From positions 544,001 to 608,000 of the forward strand of contig OY969706.1 of assembly GCA_963702095.1 (NCBI GenBank): a stretch of 64,000 bases of DNA, written 5' to 3'. The number at the start of each line of letters is the position of its first letter. The first letter of the stretch is position 1. Shown piece by piece: positions 1 through 11,890 of this stretch. The notes under the pieces were generated by a model that was not told the DNA's origin, made no database searches, and saw nothing but the letters and a program-made list of their open reading frames with translations. A program made the position numbers and the translations under genes. This DNA comes from Candidatus Bathyarchaeota archaeon (GTDB taxonomy: Archaea; Thermoproteota; Bathyarchaeia; Bathyarchaeales; Bathycorpusculaceae).

Positions 1-3000
1 GAACAGCCGGAACAGAAGTTGCATTTTTAATACGTCTGCTACTTTCGAGACTCGGCCTTAAGCCAGGCGATCCCCAACTTCGCGTTCTCAGCTCAAGTGC
101 GTCATTAGTCAAGGGGAAAAACGAAAGCGAGACCTTCATCAAAGATTTCTTCGGTCTTGCTGAAAACGATTTTGAGATAATCGGAGGAAAACTTGAACCT
201 CCAAAAACATCAGGACCCCAAATGGCGCTTCAAGCAGCTCCATTCATCAAATTATCCCAAATTCAAGGTCAGCCAAACGAACAAGAGCTTACGGACATTG
301 CTAAAATGCTTGGCTATACAGGCACTTCAACGGGAAAAACGGCATTAAACGAGTGGCTGACAGCCTCAAATGTTGACCTTGCTTCACGTATTTACAAGGC
401 ATGCAATTCGGTAAGCCAAACCAGAGCCGTTTCAATTGAAGAATTCGGCGATGGACTGTTCGGGGTCCAATTAAACAAAGGGGAGAGAAGGCAAGCCGTC
501 AGAGGTTTTCTAATAGCAAGAGGAATAAGCGAATCGAGCGCCCTTCCCGCCATCCGACTACACTGGTTTTTTAGAAACATTGAGGGCTTATGGGCTTCCA
601 TCAAACCAATATCCAAAAGCAACAGTCCTGTGGGCGAATTGTTTTCTCAACCTCGAATACTAAATGAAAAAATGGATAGCAGAGTACTGGAACTTCTTTA
701 TTGCGAAAACTGCGGAGCAGTCTTTCTTGGAGGCAGCTGGATACCTCTAGAAAACGGCAACATAGAAATGGTCTCCGAAGACCCATATTTCGAGGGCATT
801 CCAACCAAACAAAGGTCCAGAATAGTTGAAGAAAGATCATATGACGAATTCGCAGTCTTCTGGCCTCAAGGCGACCAGGAGCCGAGTGCAGAAATACCCG
901 GATCTTGGAAGCAAAGGCGAATGAACAAAGAGCCATCCGAGTGTTACAGAGGTCAATGGAAACTAGCAAGCCTCGATTCTCGAACTGGAAGAGTCGAGCT
1001 CGGAGCCGACAAAGCCTCTCAAGACCCCAACAACTGGGTCAAGGGCTATCTCTTCCGCGTATCCAAAGGCAAACAACACTCCTTGACTGAAGATGAGAAA
1101 AAGGAGCTGAAAGACCTTAGAGCTCTTCCCTCCGTATGTATTCACTGCGGGCTAGAGTATTCGCCAAAGAAAAGAATGGTCTCGCCAATCAGAGGTTTTA
1201 GGACCGGTTTCAGCAAAATAAGCCAAATACTAGCCAAGGAGATATTCTGTGTAAACCCCGAAGCAAAAAAACTGGTTGTTTTCTCGGATAGCAGAGAAGA
1301 CGCCGCACAGATATCTAATGGTATGGAAAGGAACCACTTCTCCGACCTCCTGAGAGAAACTCTGATAAAAGAGCTGAGCATACGCGTTATAGCTGAACCT
1401 GAACTGCTGAAAGATCTCTTAGGCAGCAAAGCTCACAGCAAACGCCTTAGTGAATTTGTCTTAAAAAATCCGGGAGTCGAGAAGGAGCTGCAGGATGCCA
1501 TTGACTTGTCCAAGGTGGCATATGACACAAACGCCACAATAAAGAAACTGGTAGACGCAGCAAACAAAACTATTAGCGAAGTTTCAGAAAGAGGCAAAAC
1601 ACGGACGTGCCCGCTTTTTGATATAATTGAAGGAACTGACGAAAACGGAAAACGCAAATTGGGTCGACTGGTGCAAGCGCTAATAAAGGTAGGCGTAAAC
1701 CCTGCTGGTAACGATCGTGACGTGCAAACCTTCTATTGGGAGGGTTTGTGGCACCATTGGAGCGAGCTTTTCGACTTCAGCACTTTTGACTGGAAAGATG
1801 GCTTGCCACTTGGAGCAACAAAGGCGAAAGATGAAATAGTTGACGCCCTGAAAAGCGAAGTGAGCACAATTCTTTTCGGAAAGTTGTTCTACAATCTAGA
1901 GGCTGCCGGACTTGGGCAAGTTCGAATTAATTATTCCAGTGATAATGTAAAAGAGTTAGCATCGGTCGCAGGTTTGTCTGGAAGAGAGGATGTGTTTGAG
2001 CAAATCTGCAATTCCTCAGTGAGAATATGGGGCGAGGCTTATCGACATGAAGGCAGTAGGTATCAAAACTACGACTGGATCAAGTACGATAACACAGCAT
2101 CTAAATTCAAGAAGTACATACGACGAGTTGCAGACGTTTACAGCCTATCAGAATCTGCCCTCGGTCCTGCTGTATTTTCTGCGCTAGAGGCTGCAGGTCA
2201 CCATAATGGTCACCTAAGCACATCCAGGTTATCCGTAAAGGTTGCAATCGGCTCTGACCAAGTGTGGAGATGCCCCGTTTGTCAGAAACCACATCTAACG
2301 GAATCGGCTCAAGTATGCACTGGCTGCTACAATGACTTACCCGCGGCTTCGAATGCCACATGCAAGGACTTGTGGATCAGAAACTATCTTTCGATGCCTG
2401 TGGCATCCGAGAGAGACCCAACAAGACTCCATTGTGAGGAATTGACCGGTCAAACGGATAATGCGCCCGAACGGCAAAGATTATTCAGGGGAATAACGCT
2501 CGACCTAAACGGCAAAAGTCGAAAACAGATAAAACAAATTGACGAAATCGACGTCTTAAGTGTCACAACAACTATGGAAGTCGGCGTAGACATCGGGCCA
2601 CTGCAAGCAGTGATGCTAGCAAACATGCCGCCAATGCGCTTCAATTATCAGCAACGAGTCGGAAGAGCAGGCAGGCGAAGCAAGGCATTTTCAACTAGCC
2701 TTACACTGTGTCGTGGGCGAAGCCATGACTTCTACTACTACAAAAAACCGGACAAGATCACGTCTGAAGCCCCGCCTATTCCATTCCTAACGATGAACCA
2801 GCCAAGAATCCCCCGCAGAATCATCGCCAAAGAATGCCTTCGGCTAGCATTCCTCGATGCGGGCGTCACATGGATAGACGTACCAAAAGCACACCCTGAC
2901 ACCCATGGGGAATTTGGTCAATGCAAAAACTGGCCAAGTGTTCGCCAGGCAGTCACAGACTGGCTAAAAAACAGTGTCATGGTGGAAAAGGTAATCGAAG

Positions 3001-4653
3001 AGGTCACCGCGCCCAAACATTCGGATGCAGCACAACATTTAGCGTTCGTCAGGTCAGAATTGCCATACAAAATCGACGAGCTGAGCCTCAGATCCCGCTG
3101 TAAGCGAACGAAATCTGGCAGAAGTTCTCGCTGAAAATGGAATACTGCCCATGTACGGCATGCCAACTAGAACTCGCTTCCTATACCACAAGCTTGACAA
3201 CGACGAAGAGCATGTAATCGATCGGGACATTGAAATTGCCATAACAGAATTCGCTCCAGGATCTCAGAAAACAAAGGACAAAGTTATCCACACAGCTATT
3301 GGATTCACAGCAGACCTAATTAAGCAAAACTGGAGCAACAAGTGGAAGCCTGTGTCGACCGATCCCTTTTCGTTCAACGGCTGGATGACCTCCTGCTCCA
3401 AGTGTGGAGAAACCAGCACAGATCGCGTCCACCCCCCAGAGCCATCTTGCGAAAACTGCGGCGCCTCAGGAAAAGACGCTTCAGGAAAAGACATAGTGGA
3501 AGTGGAAAAGGTTGTTACTCCTCTAGCGTTCAGGACTGACCTTTCAGATGGAAAAGACACAAAGGATGAAGACTTCGTGCAGCGTGGAATGCCGAACGTA
3601 GTCGCTCAATCTTCCAAACTTGTTCCCGCCAAGAAGGTCCCCGGAAACACTGATTTGAGCATATTCGTCGACGGAAACGTATGGTCCTTTAACGACAATG
3701 GAAGAAACGGCTTCACAGGGGGCTTCGTCAAGACAAACAGGTATACTTTGGAAAATGGAACACGGGTCTACGCTCCCTACGTGCCCTTCTTGGAGAATCA
3801 GTGGATTGCCCAAGACTATTTTGAAAAGGTATCCGATGAACGCCCAAATCTGGAACGTGTTGTGCTTGGCTCCAAAAAGACTACGAACCTGCTCAGAATT
3901 GGCCTAAGTCCATCCCGTTAGGATTAGTCCTTGATGCATACCGCTCAGGCTCAATATACGCTGCCGTATATTCCGCCGCTACACTGCTAAGGAAAGTCGT
4001 TGCGGAACGTGAAGAAATCGACACCGACGAAATCGAAATATGCAAAATCCGCAACTTCCCAATTAACCAAAGTGGACTCATTGAGTTTGTGGGGGAAATA
4101 TCCTTTAGCGATCAACTGGCAAACGGATCAGGGTTCGTAAATAGGCTATTCGACACCTGGAACGACATTATCAATAGCATACTAAAACCGCAGCCCGGCT
4201 CCTTCCCCGAAATGATAATCTCAAGTGACCACAAGTGCGACTCCGCCTGCTATGACTGCCTCAAAGAATACGGTAACATGTCGTATCACGGACTACTGGA
4301 TTGGAGACTGGGCATGGCCTTATCTCAGAGTGCTAGGAGACTCAAACTATACGTGCGGATTAGATGGGGATTTCAGCGACCCTGAATTATCGACTTGGCC
4401 AGACGATGCCGAAAAGGCGGCCAAAAGCTTCGCTGCGAACTTCCATCTGCAATACCATCAATACGGGTCGCTATCTGGCTTTGAGTTGGGCGGAAAGCCG
4501 GTAATAGTCGTCTACCCACTGTGGCGGATTGATCATCACACAAGTGGAATTCTTGCGGAAGCTATAGTAAAAGCAGGGGGTCAAGCAAAGTTTGTAAACT
4601 CCTTTAACCTTGCAAGAGCCCCAGGAACCACCTACCGGAAGCTAGCTGTGTGA
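1..4653 (+). CDS. Large SF2 DEAD/DEAH helicase with C-terminal DUF1998 (DruE/MrfA-like); 5'-truncated; 3 frameshifts (~3090, ~3915, ~4320)
   Basis: Frame open from nt 3 (TAGTEVAFLIR...SSSASL). Motifs: CENCG, FSDSREDAA, TTTMEVGVDIG, NYQQRVGRAGRR, GILPMYGMPT, SDQLANGSGF, CDSACYDCL...HGLLDWRLG. ORFs 222-3134, 3151-3921, 4089-4385 and 4225-4653 join by single-base shifts. Confidence 0.85.
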
Positions 4654-5787
4654 TCGAAAACTATAGACTTCCACCAACGCAAGTACGACTGAAGCCTCTG
4701 CGACACATATCGCCCTCCGCATTAGCCTCGCTGAAACAGTGTCCGTTGAGAACCGTCTGGGCTGCAAACAAAGCTCCGAATTTGCTCCCAAGACCTCTCT
4801 CACAAAGACTTGGAACAATAGTTCACCAAGTAATTGAGTCAAGCGCAGAAATCTTTTCTGCTAGCACCGAATTCCAGAAGCTGTGGGACACGTGCGTTAG
4901 CGAGCAAGAGACCCGGATGAGAGCGGTATGGTTCGAGAAGCATCTGGTGCCCTTAAGCAACACTGCCGCAAACTACAATGTTAAGAAAATTCAATGCTTA
5001 CATATTTTGCAGTCAAAAGAGACCCCAAAGCAGCCCACAGTATCAGAAGTGAGAATACCGAAGCATGAGCAATGGCTGAACAGCAAAGATGGTCTGGTTA
5101 TCGGGTGCGCTGATGAAATAAGGGAAGAAGGACCCGGCAAGGTCATAACTCTAGTTGACTATAAAAGCGGCAACATATTCGAAAATGGCTTGGGCAGCAA
5201 CATCCTTCCCTACTATAAAGATCAGCTCAAGTTGTACGCGGCGCTGTTCAGTGAAAAGTACGACCAATGGCCTGAACATCTACGTGATAGTGGGCTTAGA
5301 TGGAATACATCATCCTGTCCCCTTCGAAAAAGATGAGTGCCAGGCGCTCCTACAAACATCCAAGGACAAGCTACGCGAGCTTAACAAGCGAATCGAGTCG
5401 GAGATTGATTCTCCCGAGCACTTGGCAAATCCAACGCCAGAAAGCTGTCAAAGCTGCCTCCAAAGGCCAATCTGCAAAGCATATTTTCTCAAGCGAAAAA
5501 CAAGCACCGATGAAGGCTGGCCAAACGACGTCTGGGGAACTCTAACCGAGAAGAAAACGCTTCTTAACGGTCTTGGAAAAATCACCCTCAACCCACCCAC
5601 AGGAGGTGCCCTCAATCCGATACGCATTAGGTCCCTACAGCTGCAACGCCATCCAGCGTTAGAGTGCTGTCAAAAAATGGGCGTGTTTTCGCTAATTCCT
5701 GATAGTTCACGCGACTGCTATATGGAAGGCCTATTTACAACCATCTATGGGACTGATCTTCTCAACTCATGGAACCAAGGGTGTTAA
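4650..5787 (+). CDS. PD-(D/E)XK nuclease, RecB/AddB/Cas4-like with probable Fe-S staple; 1 frameshift (~5280)
   Basis: SPSAL...QCPLR, LGTIVH, GCADEI...VDYKSG, QLKLYA, C-terminal CQSC...IC. Overlaps the helicase end (translational coupling). Confidence 0.8.
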
Positions 5788-5788
5788 A

Positions 5789-6787
5789 ATGCCACTGTGT
5801 GACAAATATGGGCGAGCCTTCGAATTCTCTGCAACTAAATCCATCATTTTGAAACTAAAAGAAATGTACCCTGGAAAAGTCCAGTTGACACAAGGGACAC
5901 AGCTTGGCCAAGAAAGAGGCTTTGAACAGTTCAGCGGACTCTCAAAAGACGAACAATCCTCATTTGACAAGGCAAGCACGGCAATTGCATCCTGGCGAGG
6001 AAAAAACAAATTCAGTCAATCAAGCGTGACGTCCATGAAAAAAGCTCCAAAGACATTGTTTGGCTATGGAACTGAGGGGCAGTCCGTGAAACAGATTTTT
6101 GGCGTCCAAGTTGATCGCTTGTCTGATGTTGAAGGTGTTGGAGGTGATGTTACCGATGTTAGAGTTGAATTCTTCTCCGAAGGCAATGCGATCCCCGTCA
6201 ACATCTCACTAAAACATATGCATACTGCATTGAAGCACCCGCGCCTCACAAGAGTACCCCAATGGATTGGCAAAGTAGACCCCCGCAAGGCACGAGAATA
6301 CGAAGTGAACTATGAAGGCATTTGGTCTTCTTTCTTCAAAAAATGCAATGAAATTTTGCCTGCTGCCCAAAGGTTCAGGGAAGTAAAAGCAGTCGAGCCT
6401 GACAGCATCGAAAAACACCTATACAAACCTCTATATGCCCTCGTCCGAGACTTCCTTTCTGAAAACACAAATAGTCCTACTCAGGTGGTAGAGCTTTTTG
6501 ATTTTTTGGTGGGCAAATATGAATATATAAAATTCATCAACCACGATGACAAGATTGAGATAAGAGACTTCTCCAACATACCCAAACCTCAAACTGTTAA
6601 AATCACATACTCGGGGACGGGTTATCTTCAATTCAATTTTAGCAACGGATGGAAACTCTCAGGTCGACTTCATACGGCTAGCAAATGGCTATCCAAAAAA
6701 CCAATAAAATTCGATGTCCAACCAAGAAACCTTGACGAGCTGGTACCTGCGATCTACATTCCCATAGGTTCGAACCTTCTGGCATAG
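5789..6787 (+). CDS. HaeIII-family type II restriction endonuclease (probably GGCC)
   Basis: GRAFE, GDVTDV, ISLKH...LKHPRL resemble the HaeIII family; convergent with a HaeIII-like methyltransferase. Confidence 0.7.
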   Translation: MPLCDKYGRAFEFSATKSIILKLKEMYPGKVQLTQGTQLGQERGFEQFSGLSKDEQSSFDKASTAIASWRGKNKFSQSSVTSMKKAPKTLFGYGTEGQSVKQIFGVQVDRLSDVEGVGGDVTDVRVEFFSEGNAIPVNISLKHMHTALKHPRLTRVPQWIGKVDPRKAREYEVNYEGIWSSFFKKCNEILPAAQRFREVKAVEPDSIEKHLYKPLYALVRDFLSENTNSPTQVVELFDFLVGKYEYIKFINHDDKIEIRDFSNIPKPQTVKITYSGTGYLQFNFSNGWKLSGRLHTASKWLSKKPIKFDVQPRNLDELVPAIYIPIGSNLLA

Positions 6788-6805
6788 CCCGTGGACTCCA
6801 AGTTT

Positions 6806-7827
6806 TTAGGTGTTACGAGTCTCGAGATCTGCTTTGATTTTCTTGGCGAGCACTTCCGCAAGCATTACCGGAACGGCGTTTCCAACCATAGTGTATCCAT
6901 CGGCAACGCTTGAATAGTAGAAAATGAAGTCATCAGGGAATGTTTGAATTCTGGCAGCTTCGCGAACCGACAGTCGTCTGTAGATGGGAGCCTTGCTTTC
7001 AAATTTCCAAAGGTCCGTTTCGACTTTTACCATCTTGGAGGAACTTGGGTGAAGCGGCGCATGCCTGCCTCCAGCCTGAATTGTAAAAGAGGGTTCGTTC
7101 CAAGTCCTGCGCCGGTTTCGAGACATGTAAATCGACGAGAAAGTTCCATTCATGTATTCATGATTGAGGCACGTTAGCTTCTTGTTGGTCTTGTTTTTAT
7201 CCTGAGCTGGAACGGCTTCCGGAAGATCGCCAATGGCATCCCAGAGTGTTAGCCACTTCGGTGTCTTTTGACCGTCGAGGTTTTTTCCGCCGTCTTTGGA
7301 ATGCGTCGGTTGAGGGAAAACAAACCTCTTGCCAAGCGATTTGTGAAAGCCGATTACAATTACCCGTTTTCTTGCTTGTGGAACACCGTAGTCGCGGGCG
7401 TCGAGCAGCTTATAGCTGACTTCATAGTCAAGGCTGCAAATTTGTTCAAGATTTTCTTAAATTCGGGAAGGTGCGTGCTGGAAATTATGCCCGGAACATT
7501 CTCGGCTAAGAAGAATTTTGGCTTCTTGTCTCTCAGCACTCGGACGTATTCATAGAATAATTGCCCGCGCTCATCTTTCGCCCCTCGCATCTCTCCAGCC
7601 AGACTCCAGCTTTGGCAAGGTGGTCCCCCAATTATGCCGTCTGCGTCGGGGATTTCTTTCGACTTTATGACAAAAAGTGATCGTTTGTCTATGGGCAAGT
7701 TGTGGTTCTTTTCGAAAGTTTCCCAGACAATGGGGCTAATGTCGTTGGCATAAACCAGTTCAAACCCGGCTCGGGTAAAGCCAAGGTCGAGACCCCCGCA
7801 CCCTGAGAATAGAGAGATTATTTTCAA
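6806..7827 (-). CDS. DNA cytosine-5 methyltransferase, M.HaeIII-like; 1 frameshift (~7430)
   Basis: LFSGCGG, GGPPCQ, ENV, YGVPQARKR (shifted frame), TRD FSSIYMSRNRRR...W.EPSFTIQAGGR, RRLSVREAARIQTFPD, GNAVP. Confidence 0.9.
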
Positions 7828-7889
7828 GTGCCATCGTCCTTAGAAGAAAGCTAATTATTGCGTCGATTATTAATAGATTTGGAACCATT

Positions 7890-8288
7890 TTGGTCGACCG
7901 CATAACCAAAGAGCAACGCTCAAAAATCATGTCTGCGATCCGTTCTGAAAACACCAAGCCTGAAATGTTGCTGAGAAAGGCGCTTTGGGCAAGGAACCTT
8001 AGGTTCAGGGTTTACTACGGAAAAGAGAAGATCGACATTGCCTTTCCTTCAAAAAAAGTGGCTATCTTTGTAGATGGGTGTTTTTGGCATGGCTGCCCTT
8101 TTCATTCTCACATTCCCAAAAGCAACAAGGAATACTGGCTGCCAAAACTAAAGAAAAACATCGAAAGAGACCAAAACAAGAACCAAAGGCTCGAAGCTGA
8201 AGGCTGGAAAGTCTTGCGTTTTTGGGAGCACGAGATTCAGGATAAAATAAAAATTATTGAAAAGATCCAAGCATCGCTTCAAGACTAA
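7890..8288 (+). CDS. vsr: Very short patch repair endonuclease
   Basis: RSKIMSAIRSENTKPE, FVDGCFWHGC, LRFWEHE; adjacent to a C5 methyltransferase. Confidence 0.92.
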   Translation: MVDRITKEQRSKIMSAIRSENTKPEMLLRKALWARNLRFRVYYGKEKIDIAFPSKKVAIFVDGCFWHGCPFHSHIPKSNKEYWLPKLKKNIERDQNKNQRLEAEGWKVLRFWEHEIQDKIKIIEKIQASLQD

Positions 8289-8369
8289 CCTTTCCTCATA
8301 TTGACCGGTCTCTAAGTTTTTTTAAGTAGATGATCTCTATGATATGAATTAACTTAAAGGCGGGAGATC

Positions 8370-9550
8370 ATGGTTCAGAAAGAAATACTCTTTTCAGAAT
8401 TAAAAACTGCAGATTTATACGTCGACGCACTATACAAGGCAGGGATTTCAGGAAACGTCAGCGATGATCCGATAAGCAAATTGATGCTTTGCGAAAATCA
8501 AGGTGGATTTCGAATAGTCGGAAAACGGCCAATTCAGCATACAAATTCGCAGTGCTTTATTCAACACTGGATGACCCTGACTGGCCGGACAGAATAGATC
8601 TTGAATTAGGGTATTTCATCTATTATGGTGACAACAAAGAACCTGGTCACGACCTGTTAGCCACACCTAAAGGCGGAAACAGGTTGCTTCAATTTAGTTT
8701 TGATGTTATTAGTAGCAAACCCGCTCAGCGAGAAAAAGTTCCACCTTTCTTCATTTTCACAAGAGGTGAAAAAGGGAGAGATGTGGTGTTTCGAGGATTG
8801 GCGGCACCGGGATCTGAAAGAGTGAAGCCAACAGAACAGCTAGTTTCAATTTGGAAAACAAAAGAAGGGAAAAGATTCCAAAACTATCAAGCATACTTCA
8901 CGATACTTAACGTTCCAGTTGTTCCCAAACTATGGATTAACGATCTTATCGAAGGTAACCCTCTAAGCCGAAACTGCCCAGAACAGTGGCGCCAATGGGT
9001 AGAAAAAGGAGTCTATGTTGCACTAAAGTCAGAGCTTACCCGAAAGTACCGGTCAAGACTTGAGCAATCTCCTTCAAACGAAATGGAAAAATCCATTGTC
9101 AACGCGATTTACTCTTACTTCAAACCAGATCCATTTGGATTCCAACATTGTGCTGCTAAAGTGGCGAGTTTGATGGATAAGAACGTAATAAGTTGCGATG
9201 TGACCAAACTTTGGCGTGATGGCGGTAGGGACGCTGTAGGCTTATATAGAATTGGCTCAGAGGGTGACAGCATAAATGTTGAATTTGCGTTAGAAGCGAA
9301 ATGTTATGAGTCAAGCAAGGGAGTCGGAGTAAAAGAAACATCAAGATTGATATCAAGGCTAAAGCATCGTGAATTTGGAATTTTCATCACTACATCTTAT
9401 GTGAGCCAACAAGCTTACGAGGAAATTAGAGAAGATGGACATCCCGTAATTATTGTAGCTGGCAGAGACATCGCTAGAATTCTGATAGACGTGGGTATTC
9501 GATCTCAAAATGATGTTCTCGAATGGCTAAAGACCAATTTTCCCAAGTAG
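8370..9550 (+). CDS. AspBHI-family 5mC-dependent restriction endonuclease (SRA-like N-terminus plus Mrr-like catalytic domain); 1 frameshift (~8530)
   Basis: DLYVDALY, NQGGFR, WPD.ID...YYGDNKEPG, VPPFFIF, FRGLAAPG, DGGRDAVG, EAKCY, RLISRL. Confidence 0.85.
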
Positions 9551-9627
9551 AGAATACGCAGATCAAAGATGGCGTAAACTGTTCAAATGATTAGCGCACG
9601 CTGAATATTAATTCACGCTGTTGATTG

Positions 9628-10908
9628 TCAAGCAAATCTGAAAGCTCCCAACGGAGGATAAGCAACCAGTGGAATTCCATATCGAATAGCATCTACTGCG
9701 TGGTCACGTCCCTTTACATCAACATTGTATTCCAACAGCTCACTTATCGCATTAACGCAGCGATGAGAAATGAAGAATCTTGGTGTATTATCTCCGGACT
9801 TTCGGAAGCGGGCGCCTAAATCACGTAAACCATCTTCGCGTTTAGCCGAATATGCTTCAGCAGCAAACCCTGAAATTCCTCTCTCTGGTAATCCACGCCT
9901 TATTTTAGTGATTGATTCAGGCTCAGACTTATCACACACTACAGGTCCACCGCCATATGTTTTTCTGAATCCGTCGAGCGCAACAATAAGGTCCTCAGCG
10001 GATGACTGCACTTTATAGTATTCGTCCAGGACCCAGAGCCTTCCGTCTCCATCAAACCCGTCAACTACGATTGCGGATGGATTAGTCCAACCGAAATCAA
10101 CACCATAACGAATCTTTAACGCTTTCAGGTCTGGAGGTTCTCTTACATGAATAGAGGTATCGAATTGAAAACTGCCCGCAGCAACATTTGCGAATCTTCC
10201 ATAAATGAACCGTTCAGCTAATCCTCCAGAATGACTTTGAACTATTGTGTCGATGAAGGCTTTGGGAAGAAATGGATTATCAAAAATGCTCCAGCGATAG
10301 ATAATGCTTTCAGGGTTTCGGGTTTGAGGATTTTCCAACTCGTTAAACAGAACACTCCCGAGTTTGTCTGTGGTGGTTGTTATCCATAAACCTGGCTTGA
10401 CTGGCACTTTGCATCTACCTGAACCTCGAAGACGTCGCTTAGCAGTTAGAAGAGCTTTATCTAAATGCAGAATTAGCCTTGCCTCGTCTAAATGGACATA
10501 ATCCAGATTTGCTCCCTCTACTGATTCTGGATTATCCCAGCTTCGAAACCACCAGTTAGAACCATTCTTCCAGTGCAACCTCATCTCCAAGCGGTTAAAA
10601 TCAGCAATGTAAGGATGACTAGTAAACGGAAAGGGACAGCCTAACAGGTATTTTGATTCGAGTGCAGGAATGATATTCAAACGAACCATTGGATAGCTAG
10701 GTTCAGTAATAACGCCAACGCTTCCCGGATAATCAAGCGCCCAGCGGATGTCTTCAAATAATCCACAGATAGTTTTTCCCGCACCTCCTCCGCATAAGGC
10801 AGCACGTTCATAGTACACTCCTCTACCTGCATGGAACTCAAATTGTTTTGGAGTTGGGCAATAGAGTAGGCTATTCTTCCCTGGAATAGGTGCTTCATTA
10901 CTTAGCAT
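9628..10908 (-). CDS. Phage terminase large subunit
   Basis: Walker A GGGAGKT, Walker B YVHLDEA, coupling motif ITTT, RNase-H-like YGVDFGWTNP and DHAVDAIRY. Confidence 0.88.
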   Translation of the reverse strand: MLSNEAPIPGKNSLLYCPTPKQFEFHAGRGVYYERAALCGGGAGKTICGLFEDIRWALDYPGSVGVITEPSYPMVRLNIIPALESKYLLGCPFPFTSHPYIADFNRLEMRLHWKNGSNWWFRSWDNPESVEGANLDYVHLDEARLILHLDKALLTAKRRLRGSGRCKVPVKPGLWITTTTDKLGSVLFNELENPQTRNPESIIYRWSIFDNPFLPKAFIDTIVQSHSGGLAERFIYGRFANVAAGSFQFDTSIHVREPPDLKALKIRYGVDFGWTNPSAIVVDGFDGDGRLWVLDEYYKVQSSAEDLIVALDGFRKTYGGGPVVCDKSEPESITKIRRGLPERGISGFAAEAYSAKREDGLRDLGARFRKSGDNTPRFFISHRCVNAISELLEYNVDVKGRDHAVDAIRYGIPLVAYPPLGAFRFA

Positions 10909-11395
10909 TTTGCTTCTCTTTCTCTTGCCTTTGCCGTTCCGTAGCTTCTAAGATCAATTTCCTCATTTCTGGGTCAACATCAAATGGTGTTCCAGCAATG
11001 GTCATGGTAGACTCTATCTGTTGAGGCGCCTCTTTTACGATCCCAGCCTTCATTAGTAATAAGCCAATTCGCATTTTTCCGTCTATTATCGTCCGTAAAG
11101 CTCCTATCTTAGCGTTTGAATTGTCGGCAGTGGCATACTCTATCCAGCAGCGCCTTGTGGCCTCATTTGCTCCTGCAATCAACTCTGCAAAATATGACTT
11201 GTCATTGAGCCGAACAACGGAATCAATCCAGCTTTCTCTTCTGTCCCAATCTTTGTAGATTGCATTGATTTCCCTTCTGCGCTCGTATGGGTTACTGATA
11301 TCCTTCGTCATTTCTTCAGCTGCGTCTCTTAGACGTGCACCCCTCACCATATGCCTTAGAAGTATTTCGCGTCTATCCAAGAGCCCCGTGTTCAA
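10898..11395 (-). CDS. Putative terminase small subunit (HTH/helical)
   Basis: 165 aa; overlaps the TerL start; N-terminal HTH-like segment. Positional inference only. Confidence 0.55.
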   Translation of the reverse strand: MNTGLLDRREILLRHMVRGARLRDAAEEMTKDISNPYERRREINAIYKDWDRRESWIDSVVRLNDKSYFAELIAGANEATRRCWIEYATADNSNAKIGALRTIIDGKMRIGLLLMKAGIVKEAPQQIESTMTIAGTPFDVDPEMRKLILEATERQRQEKEKQNAK

Positions 11396-11890
11396 GCGGG
11401 TTCCCCCTTAATTGGACATTTTTGTCTCACATACTCAAGGGTGATACTGATTCTATTGGAGCTGGCGCTTGATCTGATTTCATCGTTTATTCTGGTGCTT
11501 CCTCCGCTATGTTTGGCATGCCCTACTCTCTTGATACGCCAATGGTCCATGTTGCCTCTTACCAACTGAGGATTACTAGTTACAATATAGAATGGAACTC
11601 TTGTTTGGGAAGTATAGAGTTCAGCAGTGAAGTTTAGGAGGCGCTTGCCTACTCCTATGCCTTGATAGTCTGGCAGAACTACAAGTCTATGGACTCGATA
11701 GTATCTGCTTCTCATGTGAATGTGCATGACAGCTATGAAAGCAACAGGCTTTTCTTGGTAAACTGCAGCGTAGCATCGAGCATGATTGGCCAAGGATCCA
11801 CTCAGATAGTGATGTTGCCGAAACATTTGCCAAAGTGAATTGCCGCACCTATGAACTTGGAGTTCAACGGGCGGCCTGCTTCTTTTTTTT
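11392..11890 (-). CDS. GNAT acetyltransferase of the phage ATPase-GNAT type; frame joins the upstream ATPase at an A8 run
   Basis: RPPVELQVHRC...WQMFRQHHYL, RVHRLVVLPDYQGIGVG (acetyl-CoA motif A), VTSNP. Confidence 0.8.

Noticed and set aside
9551-9627. Left att site of the tRNA-Cys element
   Set aside because: No match to the tRNA 3' end (TGGAGCTGGGGATG) here or elsewhere to the left.
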